Below are positions 20,133-31,480 of a stretch of DNA of 64,000 nt, piece after piece. Position 1 is the stretch's first letter. Each line of letters opens with the position of its first letter. This DNA comes from Candidatus Krumholzibacteriia bacterium (lineage in GTDB: Bacteria > Krumholzibacteriota > Krumholzibacteriia > JAJRXK01), in NCBI GenBank assembly GCA_041484665.1, contig JBGPIA010000001.1, positions 608,001 through 672,000 on the forward strand, written 5' to 3'. The notes below the pieces were generated by a model. The model was not told the origin of the DNA and did no database searches. It saw only the letters and a list, made by a program, of their open reading frames with translations. The translations under genes were made by a program, and so were the position numbers.

Positions 20133-20873
20133 CTACCCGACCCGCTCCAGCGTTCCTTTGTCCAGGTGCAGGGCATGGCTGGCGCGCTCGGCCGCGCGCG
20201 GATCGTGGGTCACCATCAAGATCGTCTTGCCGAACTCCTGGTTGAGCTGGACGAGCAGGTCGAGCACCTCGTGTGCGCTGTGGGCGTCCAGGTCGCCAGT
20301 CGGCTCGTCGGCCAACAGCAGCGTCGGGTCGGTCACGATGGCGCGGGCGATGGCCACGCGTTGCTCCTGCCCGCCGGAGAGCTGGCGCGGATAGTGATCC
20401 ATGCGGTCGGCCAGCCCCACCACCCGCAGCGCTGTCTCGACCTTGAGCTTGCGCTCGCCCTTGCTCAGTCGCGCGAGCTTGAGCGGCAGCTCCACGTTCT
20501 CGCGCGCGGTGAGCACCGGGATCAGGTTGTAGAACTGGAAGATGAAGCCCACGTTGCGATGGCGCCAGGGCGCCAGCTCGCTCTCGCTCAGCTGCGTGAT
20601 GTCCTGGCCACCGATCTCGATGGACCCTTCGCTCGGCTTGTCGATGCCTGCGATGAGGTTCAGCAGTGTGGTCTTCCCAGAGCCCGACGGGCCCATCAGC
20701 GCGATGAAATCGCCGCTGGCCACCTCCAGCTCGAGACCCTTGAGCACCTCGATCTCGAAGTTGTCGCGCCGGTAGGCCTTGCCCAGCCCGCGGATCTTCA
20801 CCACGGTCGCGCCCCGGGCAATCGCTTCGCTCTGGCTGGTCATCGACTGCGGCATGTCCGTCCGTTGCGCCAT
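20133..20873 (-). CDS. ABC exporter ATP-binding protein (LolD/MacB-like)
   Basis: [38 protein letters not shown]. Confidence 0.95.
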   Translation of the reverse strand: MAQRTDMPQSMTSQSEAIARGATVVKIRGLGKAYRRDNFEIEVLKGLELEVASGDFIALMGPSGSGKTTLLNLIAGIDKPSEGSIEIGGQDITQLSESELAPWRHRNVGFIFQFYNLIPVLTARENVELPLKLARLSKGERKLKVETALRVVGLADRMDHYPRQLSGGQEQRVAIARAIVTDPTLLLADEPTGDLDAHSAHEVLDLLVQLNQEFGKTILMVTHDPRAAERASHALHLDKGTLERVG

Positions 20874-20932
20874 GGCCGTCCTTTCCACCGTGTCCGTTCG
20901 CCGGGTTCCTGCGTGCTATCCTGCCGCCGTGC

Positions 20933-22165
20933 TCACGTCCGCACGCGACGGCCATCGCGCAGGGACTCCAGGTTGACCTGCACGATCGTCTCGCCGCCGC
21001 GCAGCCCCGACAAGACCTCCACCTGATCCCCTGCGGCAGCGCCGACGGTGACCGCCAGCTTGCGCAGCCGGCCCCCCTGCACCACGAACACGAAGGCGTC
21101 CTGCCCCTCCATGCGCACGGCGCTGCGCGTAACTACGATTTTTGCCTGCGCCGCAAGCTGCTCGGTGCGCGTGCCCTCCTCCAGGAAGGTCACCGTCGAG
21201 CTCATGTCGGGCACCAGGCGCGCGTCACGGTCGTCGATGGTGACCTTGACCTGCACGACAGCGCGCTGGCGGTCGGCCGTCGGCACGATCTGGCGCAGCC
21301 GGCCATGATAGCTGACGCCGGGAACGGCATCGACGCCGATCGTCGCCGGTTGGCCCAGCTTCAGCCGCGCGATGTAGCTCTCGTTGATGTCAGCCTCGAC
21401 CTCCAGGCTTCCGAGATCGGCGATGCGCACGATCGATCCGCTGGACTGCTGCGACGTGAAGCCCCCGGGTGCGACCATCTCCCCCACCTCGATGTTCTTG
21501 TCGACGATCACGCCGGAGATGGGGGCCGTTACGACCGTATAGGTCAGGCGGGCCCTTGCTGCCGCCAGCGCAGCCTCAGCGGTACCGAGCTGGGCGCGGG
21601 TGACGTCGAGCCGGGTGCTCGCCGCGTCGTAGTTCGCCTGTGCTCCCACGCCGCTGTCCAGCAGCCCCTGCTGGCGGCCGGCTTCCCGCTGGGCGTCGGC
21701 GACCTGGGCCTGCGCCTCGGCCACCCGCGCCTCCGCCTCCCGCACGGCGGCCTTGAGGTCGTCGCTGTCGAGGACGGCGATCACGTCGCCCGCCTTGACC
21801 GCATCGCCCTCGTCGACCCGTAGCTCCACCACGCGGCCGATGATCTTGGCGCCCACGGCGGCGCGGGTGCGGGCGTAGGTGTAGCCGGTGGCGGTCAAGA
21901 CCGTGGAGGCCTGGGTCGGCGTGATCACCTGGGCGGAGGTGGTCTCCACGCGTGGCAAAAGCCACGGCAAAGGCAACAGCCACGCCCCCGCCAGCAGCAC
22001 GGCTAGCATAACCAGGGCGATCATCCACGGGCGCACGGCCCGCCGCGGGCGGCGCACCACACCTGGGGTCTGCGCCGTGTGGCGGTTCATCCGCAGCGCC
22101 GAGAGATCGGGCCGCGTCGTCTGGCCGGACGCGGGCTCTGGCTGGGCAGTCGGCGGGCCGTCCAA
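20933..22165 (-). CDS. Efflux periplasmic adaptor (membrane fusion protein, MacA-like)
   Basis: DLSALRM + TM, VDEGDAVKAGDVIA lipoyl half-motif, APISGVIV; start uncertain (TTG 22165 or ATG 22090). Confidence 0.9.
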   Translation of the reverse strand: MDGPPTAQPEPASGQTTRPDLSALRMNRHTAQTPGVVRRPRRAVRPWMIALVMLAVLLAGAWLLPLPWLLPRVETTSAQVITPTQASTVLTATGYTYARTRAAVGAKIIGRVVELRVDEGDAVKAGDVIAVLDSDDLKAAVREAEARVAEAQAQVADAQREAGRQQGLLDSGVGAQANYDAASTRLDVTRAQLGTAEAALAAARARLTYTVVTAPISGVIVDKNIEVGEMVAPGGFTSQQSSGSIVRIADLGSLEVEADINESYIARLKLGQPATIGVDAVPGVSYHGRLRQIVPTADRQRAVVQVKVTIDDRDARLVPDMSSTVTFLEEGTRTEQLAAQAKIVVTRSAVRMEGQDAFVFVVQGGRLRKLAVTVGAAAGDQVEVLSGLRGGETIVQVNLESLRDGRRVRT

Positions 22166-22506
22166 CGCTTGGCTCCGGGGCAGGGGGCAACTCGGCCGTG
22201 CGCGCGAGCGGGCGCAGGGCCACGGCTGCGATCGGGGACCCACAGGATAGCGCGGCGGGCGCGGGGCACCAACCCGGAATGCCCCTGGACCTGCTGGAGC
22301 AAGATGCTACCCTGATGTGCTGGTCCCGGGCGTACTTAGTTTGAGGCCGTTGTGCCGGAACGGCCCCGCACTGCGTGTGGGCGCTGCGCCCAAACCGTCC
22401 CGCACCGGCGCCTCGGGCTCCAAGGAAGCCCCTCATCCCATCCATGAGCGCAACCGTCGAACCGCTGCGTCCGCTCCCGACGACATCCCGATCTGCTGGA
22501 GGGCCC

Positions 22507-23211
22507 ATGAGCAGGGTGACCGCCCTGTCCCGCTCGTCCATCGGCCTGAAGGTCACGATGGCCATGACCGGCATCGTGCTCGTGCTGTTCGTGATCGTGC
22601 ACATGCTGGGCAACCTGAAGATCTTCTTGCCCGCGCACCGCGATGCGGCCGGCGCACTGGTGCCGGCCCTGGACGTATACGGGGAGTTCCTGCGCAACGC
22701 CGGCGCGCCGGTCTTCCCCCACGGCGCGGCCTTGTGGATCTTCCGGCTGGTGTTGTTGACCTGTGTGGTACTCCACGTCTCTGCCGCGGTCGTCCTGACG
22801 CGCATGGACTGGACAGCGCGTCCGGTGCGGTACAAGCAACAGACCCACCAGGGCTCCACCTACGCGTCGCGCACGCAGCGCTGGGGCGGCCTGATCGTCG
22901 GCCTGTTCGTGGTCTACCACATCCTCCATTTCACCACGGGTACGGTCCACCCGCACTTCGAGCCCGGCCACGTGCGCGCCAACGTGATCGCGGGCTTCAA
23001 CGTCTGGCCCGTCTCCATCGCCTATATCGTGGCGATGGTAGCGCTGGGGCTGCATCTCTACCACGGCGTCTGGAGCATCTTCCAGACCCTGGGCGTAAGC
23101 CACCCGCGCTGGAACGTCTGGCGGCGGAGGCTGGCAGCAGCGATTGCGCTGATCGTCGCGCTGGGCAACATCTCCATCCCGGTGGCCGTGCTCACCGGCA
23201 TCGTCCACTAG
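22507..23211 (+). CDS. sdhC: Succinate dehydrogenase/fumarate reductase cytochrome b558 subunit
   Basis: SSIGLKVTMAMTG, HMLGNL, LHLYHG.WS.FQTLG; five TMs; upstream of sdhA. Confidence 0.92.
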   Translation: MSRVTALSRSSIGLKVTMAMTGIVLVLFVIVHMLGNLKIFLPAHRDAAGALVPALDVYGEFLRNAGAPVFPHGAALWIFRLVLLTCVVLHVSAAVVLTRMDWTARPVRYKQQTHQGSTYASRTQRWGGLIVGLFVVYHILHFTTGTVHPHFEPGHVRANVIAGFNVWPVSIAYIVAMVALGLHLYHGVWSIFQTLGVSHPRWNVWRRRLAAAIALIVALGNISIPVAVLTGIVH

Positions 23212-23232
23212 GGCGCCAAGAGGCAGGGCACC

Positions 23233-25146
<1,914 letters not shown>

Positions 25147-25262
25147 ACCGCGGCGCGCGGCAGCCACCGGGGCGAAACGGGCTTTGGGCACGCAAGGAAG
25201 CCGCACGCAGGCCGAGAACAACACGAGCCACGGGCAGACAAGAGATACGGCTGGAGCGACCC

Positions 25263-26009
25263 ATGGATCTGACCCTGCACATCTGGCGGCAGACGGGCCC
25301 CGACGCCAAGGGGCTATTCGTGGAGTACCACGCGGGGGACGTCTCCCCGGACATGTCGTTCCTGGAGATGCTCGACGCCCTCAACGAGCAGCTGATCGAC
25401 AAGGGTGAGGAGCCTGTCGCGTTCGATCACGACTGCCGCGAGGGGATCTGCGGCATGTGCAGCCTGGTCATCAACGGCCGGCCGCATGGTCCCAAGCAGG
25501 AGACCACGACCTGCCAGCTGCACATGCGCAACTACAAGCAGGGCGACGTGATCTGGGTGGAGCCCTGGCGCGCGAAGCCGTTTCCGGTCATCCGGGACCT
25601 GGTGGTGGACCGTACCGCGCTGGACCGGATCATGCACGTGGGCGGGTTCATCTCGGTGGGCACGGGCTGTGCGCCCGACGCCAACGCCATCCCCATCCGC
25701 AAGGAGCACGCCGACAGAGCGATGGACGCCGCGGCCTGCATTGGCTGCGGCGCGTGCGTGGCGGCCTGCCCCAACGCCTCGGCGATGCTGTTCACCGCCG
25801 CCAAGGTCTCGCACCTGGGGTTGCTGCCGCAGGGCCAGCCCGAGCGCCACGAACGCGTCGCGAAGATGGTGGCGCAGATGGATGCGGAAGGATTCGGCGG
25901 CTGCACAAACCACGCCGAGTGCGAAGCGGCCTGCCCCAAGGCCATCAGCATCGAGTTCATCGCGCGCATGAACCGCGACCTGATGAAGGCGACGCTGGTG
26001 CTGCGCTAA
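25263..26009 (+). CDS. sdhB: Succinate dehydrogenase/fumarate reductase Fe-S subunit
   Basis: [32 protein letters not shown]. Confidence 0.96.
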   Translation: MDLTLHIWRQTGPDAKGLFVEYHAGDVSPDMSFLEMLDALNEQLIDKGEEPVAFDHDCREGICGMCSLVINGRPHGPKQETTTCQLHMRNYKQGDVIWVEPWRAKPFPVIRDLVVDRTALDRIMHVGGFISVGTGCAPDANAIPIRKEHADRAMDAAACIGCGACVAACPNASAMLFTAAKVSHLGLLPQGQPERHERVAKMVAQMDAEGFGGCTNHAECEAACPKAISIEFIARMNRDLMKATLVLR

Positions 26010-26100
26010 CATCAGCGCCCAGGCGCTCCACGTGCGCCCGGCTCGGACGGACAGATCGTCCTGGTTGGTCTCAGTCGGTGGAACTCCGCCCCCGTTGATC

Positions 26101-26574
26101 TCAGCCGGATTGCGCGGCGTCTGGGCCGGTCTCACTGGGACCACGGCCGGTCTCGATCTGCCCCGGACCCTGCGGAGCGGTCCCCTCTGCTGCAGACACC
26201 CGTGCGGGCATCACCGGGTCGCCCCCCAGCCGCCGGTTGACCTTCTCCACGATCCGCTCCACCTGGCGCTGATGGCCAAACCAGAAGCCGAAGAACAGCA
26301 TCATCAGCAGCGGGTACTCCACGGCGTAGGGCGCGCGCAGCAGGATTGCCCACAAGAGCCCGATCCAGCACAACGACCCCATCCAGATGTGGATCATCGC
26401 CAGCCAATCCGTGCGGTCCCACGGGTTGCTCGTGCTCGGCCAGAAGGTGAAGTGCTGGCGGTTCGGCAGTGCGTGCTCGGTCCTCATCTCGTGCCAGGTC
26501 CCGTAGACGCCGCCGCCGACGCCGAGCAGCGTCCCGGCGATGCCGCCGATCAGTCCGAGTGTGCCACCGTCCAT
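26101..26574 (-). CDS. Small hypothetical membrane protein (about 3 TMs)
   Basis: GAAGGAGG SD before MDGGTLGLIGG; hydrophobic segments. Confidence 0.7.
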   Translation of the reverse strand: MDGGTLGLIGGIAGTLLGVGGGVYGTWHEMRTEHALPNRQHFTFWPSTSNPWDRTDWLAMIHIWMGSLCWIGLLWAILLRAPYAVEYPLLMMLFFGFWFGHQRQVERIVEKVNRRLGGDPVMPARVSAAEGTAPQGPGQIETGRGPSETGPDAAQSG

Positions 26575-26802
26575 GGATCCTCCTTCGGTCCGCAGGCCCA
26601 GGGGCTTGCGGCGCGGCCAGGGCCACGAGGGGCGCATGCGGGCCCGGCGAGTTGACACGGACCTAGGCCGGGCCTGTAGGATGTCCGCACCCCGGCACTG
26701 GCAAGGAGCGTTCCCGTGCTCGTTTTTCTGGCGGCCTGCGACCGATGGCGGCGAATCGTTCCCGATCGTGGCTTGTCGCGCGCTCTGCGGCGGCTTTCCT
26801 GG

Positions 26803-28017
26803 ATGCTGCTCGCGCTTTTGCTGGCGCCAGGCGCCTCGCCCGCGCGCGCCGACCGAAACCACGACCACGGCGGGCCCAGCCCCCAGGCTGGCGCCCTTCG
26901 CCACCCACAGCTCGCCGTGCAGAGCGACGGCACGGTCGTGGCGATGTGGGGAGTGCCGTCCGCCAGTCACGGCGACGGCGGGGACCTGTACATCGCCCGT
27001 TGGCTGCGCGGTGACCGGTTGGGACCCGCGACCCGGATCAATGACGCACCAGGCTCGGTCGTGCTCATGGCCTTCGACGAGATCCGCCCATCGATCGCCA
27101 CGGGGTTCGCGGGACAGATCGCCGTCGCCTGGACCGATACGGCAGGCGATGTGCGCGTTGCCATCGGCCGCGACAGCGCGATCTGCTACGCGCCTTCGAT
27201 CCGTCTGAACCAGGACGCCGGCAAGGCGCGGCAGGCCTTCGCTGTCGTGACCTTCGACCGGGCCGGCGGGCTCCATGCCGCCTGGCTCGACGGGCGGCGA
27301 GCCAAGCCCGGCGAGGAGGAGCCCTGTGACCTGTTCTACGCGCGCGTTGCGGACGGCCGCGCCAGCGAGCAGGATGTGAGTGCTGCCCACTCGGCGTCCG
27401 TCTGCAGCTGTTGCCGCCCGTGGATCGGGCTCGACGCGCAGGGCCAGGTCGAGATCCTCTTCCGCAACACGACGCCCGAGGGTTACCGCGACATCTTCCG
27501 TACGCACCTGGGGGCCAGCGGGACCTTCTCCAGGCCCGAGCCGGTGGGCCCACCCCTGTGGAAGATCCGTGGTTGTCCCGCGGCCGGAGCGGTCGAGGCA
27601 GGCGGCAGCGTCGTCTGGCGCGACGGGTCCAGCGGGCGCATGCGATTGCTGCAGGACCGGGGCGGACAAGCCCCCATCGAGATTGCGGTCGCCGCCGCGG
27701 ACAGCGCCGTGGAGAGCCGCGCGGACAGCGACGTGGGCGGCGACACCGGCAACACTCGGCACAGCGCCCCGCGCTGGGCTCCAACCCGCTCGGCGCGCGG
27801 CGTCGCATCGCGCGGCGGCGTGCTGGCCGCACTGCTCGCCCAAGGCGAGCCGGCGCCACGCCTGCTGGTGCGCACCCAGGGCGAGTGGCGCGCGGCCGCC
27901 GTGGAACTGCCAACGTGGTGCGTCAGCGCTGCGTCGTTGGACAGCCTGGTCCTGTGCGCCGGGGTCGGTGCGGGCGGGCTGAAGCTCCAAGCCCTGCCCT
28001 GGGCTGAGCGCCGCTAA
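26803..28017 (+). CDS. Exported sialidase/BNR-like beta-propeller protein with CxCC and W-x3-GCP motifs
   Basis: Signal peptide, His-rich N-terminus (NHDHG), AAWLDGR, VCSCCRP, FRN...RDI, WKIRGCP; start uncertain. Confidence 0.7.
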   Translation: MLLALLLAPGASPARADRNHDHGGPSPQAGALRHPQLAVQSDGTVVAMWGVPSASHGDGGDLYIARWLRGDRLGPATRINDAPGSVVLMAFDEIRPSIATGFAGQIAVAWTDTAGDVRVAIGRDSAICYAPSIRLNQDAGKARQAFAVVTFDRAGGLHAAWLDGRRAKPGEEEPCDLFYARVADGRASEQDVSAAHSASVCSCCRPWIGLDAQGQVEILFRNTTPEGYRDIFRTHLGASGTFSRPEPVGPPLWKIRGCPAAGAVEAGGSVVWRDGSSGRMRLLQDRGGQAPIEIAVAAADSAVESRADSDVGGDTGNTRHSAPRWAPTRSARGVASRGGVLAALLAQGEPAPRLLVRTQGEWRAAAVELPTWCVSAASLDSLVLCAGVGAGGLKLQALPWAERR

Positions 28018-29900
28018 CGCGCCAGCACGATCTTGCCGCTGATGACGTCGCCGGCGCTCTCCACCCTCACCGTGTAGACGCCGCTGGCGACGGTCCGGCC
28101 GCTCTGGTCGGCTCCGTCCCAGACCACCTGGTGCAGACCCGCTTGGAGCGCGCCGTCGAGCAGCCGGCGCACATGGCGCCCCGCTACATCGAACACCTCG
28201 GCACGCACAGAGCCTGGCCGCGCCAGCGCGAAGCGGATCGCCGTGCGCGGATTGGAGGGGTTCGGCACGATGTCCACCAGGCCGATCGCGCGTCCGCCCG
28301 CGGGCTGCGGCGGCGGCGGCGTGGGCCCGGGCTCCACGCCCGTCCTCGCCACTACTGCCTGCACCGCCTTGAACGCGTTCACCTTCTTGCCGATCGGTTG
28401 GTCATAGGGAACGACGTCGCCGTTGTCGATGATGACCTGCGCAAGCTGCTGCGGGCTCAGGGACGGCACCTGCGATTTGACCAGCGCGCAGACCCCGGCA
28501 GCCAGTGGGCAGGCCATCGAGGTTCCGTCGGCCAGCATGTACGGGCTCACCCCGTCCCAGCCGAAGAACAGGATGTAGAAGAGCTGCGACAGGAAATCGA
28601 TCTCATAGTTCTGGCAGATCGAGGACAGGATCTGCGAGCCCGGCGCTCCCGCGTCGACCCACGGGCCGAAGTTGGAGAAGTCGGCGCGCGCGTTGGTTTC
28701 GTCGGTGGCCCCCACGGCCAGCACGCCATTGCTCGCCGCTGGATAGCTCAGTGTGCTCGTGACGTCATTGCCCGCGGCGGCGACGCACAGCACCCCGGAC
28801 GCCGTCGCGTCATCGACCAGCGTTTGGAAGAACTCGGGCACACCCGGATCGCCGGGCGCCCCGAAGCTCATCGACAGCACGTCGGCATGCATGTCCGAGG
28901 CGTACACGAATGCCGCGGCGACCGCCGCGTCCGGAATCTCGCCGGTGACCGGGTCGCTGACCTTCAGCGCCATGATCGAGCAACCCCAGCTCGCGCCGGC
29001 GCCGCCCTCGCCGTTGTTCGTGACGGCGGAGGCGATCCCGGCCACGTGCGTCCCGTGGAAGCCGATGTCCAGCCCCAGTGTGGGATCGATGGTGGGCTCC
29101 GGCAGCGGCACGCTGTCGTTGCCGCCGAAGTCCCAGCCGAACACGTCGTCGATAAACCCGTTGCCGTCGTCGTCGACGCCGTTGTCGGGGATCTCGCCGG
29201 GGTTCGTCCAGATCGTCGCCGCCAGATCCGGATGCGTGTAGTCCACGCCCGTGTCCATGATGGCGATGGTCGTCGTCCTCGCCCCCCGCGCCAGGTCCCA
29301 GGCCTCCGGGAGATGGATGTCAGCGCCGCCGGGTGAGTGGATGTGCCACTGCTGGGGCACCAGCGGGTCGTTGGGGATGGTGCTCAGCACGCGCACGTAG
29401 TAGTTGGGAATGACGGCGCGGAAGAGTCCGGTGGCGCGCAGCTCGGACGCGGCCGCCTCCGGGTCGAAGTCCGGTCTGCTGCTGAGCAGCTCGAGGTAGC
29501 GCCGGTGCAGGGCCTTGGCCGGCTCGGCCTGGTACAGATAGGCGAAGCGATCGAGACCGTGCTTCTGGAGGATGGCTGCGACCGGGCCGCTGTCCGCTTT
29601 CAGCGTCCCGCCGGACAGCGGGGTGAGCGGCGTGTCCTCACGCAGGATCGCCAGCACCTCTCCCGGCGCGTAGCGCGGCGGCACGGCCGTCGTGCGCGCT
29701 CGCGCAGCGGCAGCCAGCTGAGGAGGCAGGGCGGCGAGCATCCGCTCGCGCAGCGAACGCGAGCCAACGCTGCCGGCGGTCGCGGCGGCTGCGCTGTCGC
29801 GCGGGGACGCGCCACCCCGCAGCGAGGCATTGGCCCGCGGGGGCGCGCAGACGACGGCACAGACCGCGGCACACACGAGCAGGAGCGATGGGCGCTTCAT
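28014..29900 (-). CDS. S8 (subtilisin-like) serine protease with C-terminal FlgD-Ig/T9SS-like domain
   Basis: IAIMDTG, FHGTHVAG, AAAGN, GTSMACP; DNGVDDDGNGFIDD insert; PNPSNPRTAIRF...WDG.D..G..VASGVY. Confidence 0.93.
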   Translation of the reverse strand: MKRPSLLLVCAAVCAVVCAPPRANASLRGGASPRDSAAAATAGSVGSRSLRERMLAALPPQLAAAARARTTAVPPRYAPGEVLAILREDTPLTPLSGGTLKADSGPVAAILQKHGLDRFAYLYQAEPAKALHRRYLELLSSRPDFDPEAAASELRATGLFRAVIPNYYVRVLSTIPNDPLVPQQWHIHSPGGADIHLPEAWDLARGARTTTIAIMDTGVDYTHPDLAATIWTNPGEIPDNGVDDDGNGFIDDVFGWDFGGNDSVPLPEPTIDPTLGLDIGFHGTHVAGIASAVTNNGEGGAGASWGCSIMALKVSDPVTGEIPDAAVAAAFVYASDMHADVLSMSFGAPGDPGVPEFFQTLVDDATASGVLCVAAAGNDVTSTLSYPAASNGVLAVGATDETNARADFSNFGPWVDAGAPGSQILSSICQNYEIDFLSQLFYILFFGWDGVSPYMLADGTSMACPLAAGVCALVKSQVPSLSPQQLAQVIIDNGDVVPYDQPIGKKVNAFKAVQAVVARTGVEPGPTPPPPQPAGGRAIGLVDIVPNPSNPRTAIRFALARPGSVRAEVFDVAGRHVRRLLDGALQAGLHQVVWDGADQSGRTVASGVYTVRVESAGDVISGKIVLAR

Positions 29901-30034
29901 CGGGGACCTTCCCTGGGGGTTGCAGCCTCTGCGTTGGGGGCCTGGCGGTGCGGCCGTCTCGGTGCCAGCGACATCCGTCCCGGGCTTCGCCTTGCCGGGC
30001 CTTTCTGTGCTGGGCGTCTCCTGCGCGGCCTCTC

Positions 30035-31480
30035 CTATTGTAGCGCGTGGCGGCCCGTCCTGTCCGGACGAGCGGACGCCCGGGCGGCGCCGGCAGCCTT
30101 GGGTGGGGCCGGACGGGCGCGGTACTTCTCCCAGAGTCGGGTGTGGCGGCTCTCGAGTGAGACCTCCTTGCCGCCGATCCACATGCGCAGCACGCGGGTG
30201 CGGATGTCGAGTAGGTCGCCGTCGGTGGCGATCAGGTGCGCCTGCTTGCCCGGCTCGATGCTTCCCATGCGCTCTGCGACTCCGAGGATCTCGGCGGGCG
30301 TGAGTGTGACCGCCCGCAACGCAGCGTCCGCGGGCAGGCCGAAGGCGACCGACATTCCGGCCAGGTCGGGGAGGTTTCGTACGCCTGCCGCCGCGAAGGC
30401 GCCCGCGCCGCTGGCGATCGCGACCTTCACGCCGGCTGCCTGCAGGCGCCCCGCCAGGCCGTAGTTGGCATCGTAGGGGTCGGTGTCGCGTCCGGGCAGT
30501 CCGGTGACGCCGTCGATGATCACCGGGACGCCGGCGTGCGCCAGACGCGGGGCGACGTGGTCCGCCTCGCGGCCGCCCGCCAGCACCATGCGCAGGTCGT
30601 GTCGGGCGCACCAGTCGAGAGCCGCGCCGATCTCGCGCTCGCCGTCGGCGTGGATCATCACCGGGATCTCTTTGCGCAGCACCGGCCCCCAGGCGTCGTA
30701 GCGGAGGTCCTCGTCATGACGCTCGGTGTCCTTCTGCCCCATCGTCGCGCGCGCCTGGGCGTAGGCCCGCGCCTCGTCCACCAGCTGGTCGAGGTGCCGC
30801 AGGCGCTCGGCGCGTTGCTCGAGCTGCTTCTTGATTGGAATCTGCGCCTGCGGCGAGCGATCGAGCTGCATGGACGGCCAGCCGACGTGGAGCGCCACGG
30901 GGCCTTTGACCAGCATGGTCTCCCAGGTCCAACCGTCGAGGGCGATCAGGCCGCTGGTGCCGCGCAGGAGCGCCCCGCCCGGCGCAACCAGCGCGTGCGT
31001 GATGCCGCCCGCGCGCGCAACGGGAATCAGCTCGGAGTCGGGGTTGACGGCAGCATAGGCCCGCAGGTGCGGGTTGAGGTCGCCGATATCGCCCACGTCG
31101 TTGGTCGCCGCGACCGCCGCGACCTCCGTGAGGCCCAGCGACGTCATGGCGTCGATCATGCCCGGGTAGAGCCGCAGGCCGTGCAGGTCGATACGCACAG
31201 CCCCCGGCGGGACCGTCGTGGAGGCGGCTGGCCCGACGGCGGCGATGGCGCCGTCGTCGCCGATCACCACCACCCCCGGATCGTGCACGGCGCCGCTGAC
31301 CGTGATGACCGTCGCGCCCACCAGCGCTTGGGCCGCCTGCGCATCGCCCGGGCTCGCGCCGCCGATGGCGAGCGCCGCCAGGGCCAGCGCGGCGAGCCCG
31401 AGCGCCGCGAGGTGGCGAGCCCTGGTCCGCTGCAAGCAGCGAGGAGCGCCCCAGCTGCCCGATTCGAACGCTTGCATCAC
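30035..31480 (-). CDS. Amidohydrolase-family protein (lacks HxH; probable partner subunit)
   Basis: LYPGMIDAMTSLG, ALRAVTLTPAEILG...GSIEPGKQA; GTGA overlap with the upstream amidohydrolase. Confidence 0.85.
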   Translation of the reverse strand: MMQAFESGSWGAPRCLQRTRARHLAALGLAALALAALAIGGASPGDAQAAQALVGATVITVSGAVHDPGVVVIGDDGAIAAVGPAASTTVPPGAVRIDLHGLRLYPGMIDAMTSLGLTEVAAVAATNDVGDIGDLNPHLRAYAAVNPDSELIPVARAGGITHALVAPGGALLRGTSGLIALDGWTWETMLVKGPVALHVGWPSMQLDRSPQAQIPIKKQLEQRAERLRHLDQLVDEARAYAQARATMGQKDTERHDEDLRYDAWGPVLRKEIPVMIHADGEREIGAALDWCARHDLRMVLAGGREADHVAPRLAHAGVPVIIDGVTGLPGRDTDPYDANYGLAGRLQAAGVKVAIASGAGAFAAAGVRNLPDLAGMSVAFGLPADAALRAVTLTPAEILGVAERMGSIEPGKQAHLIATDGDLLDIRTRVLRMWIGGKEVSLESRHTRLWEKYRARPAPPKAAGAARASARPDRTGRHALQ

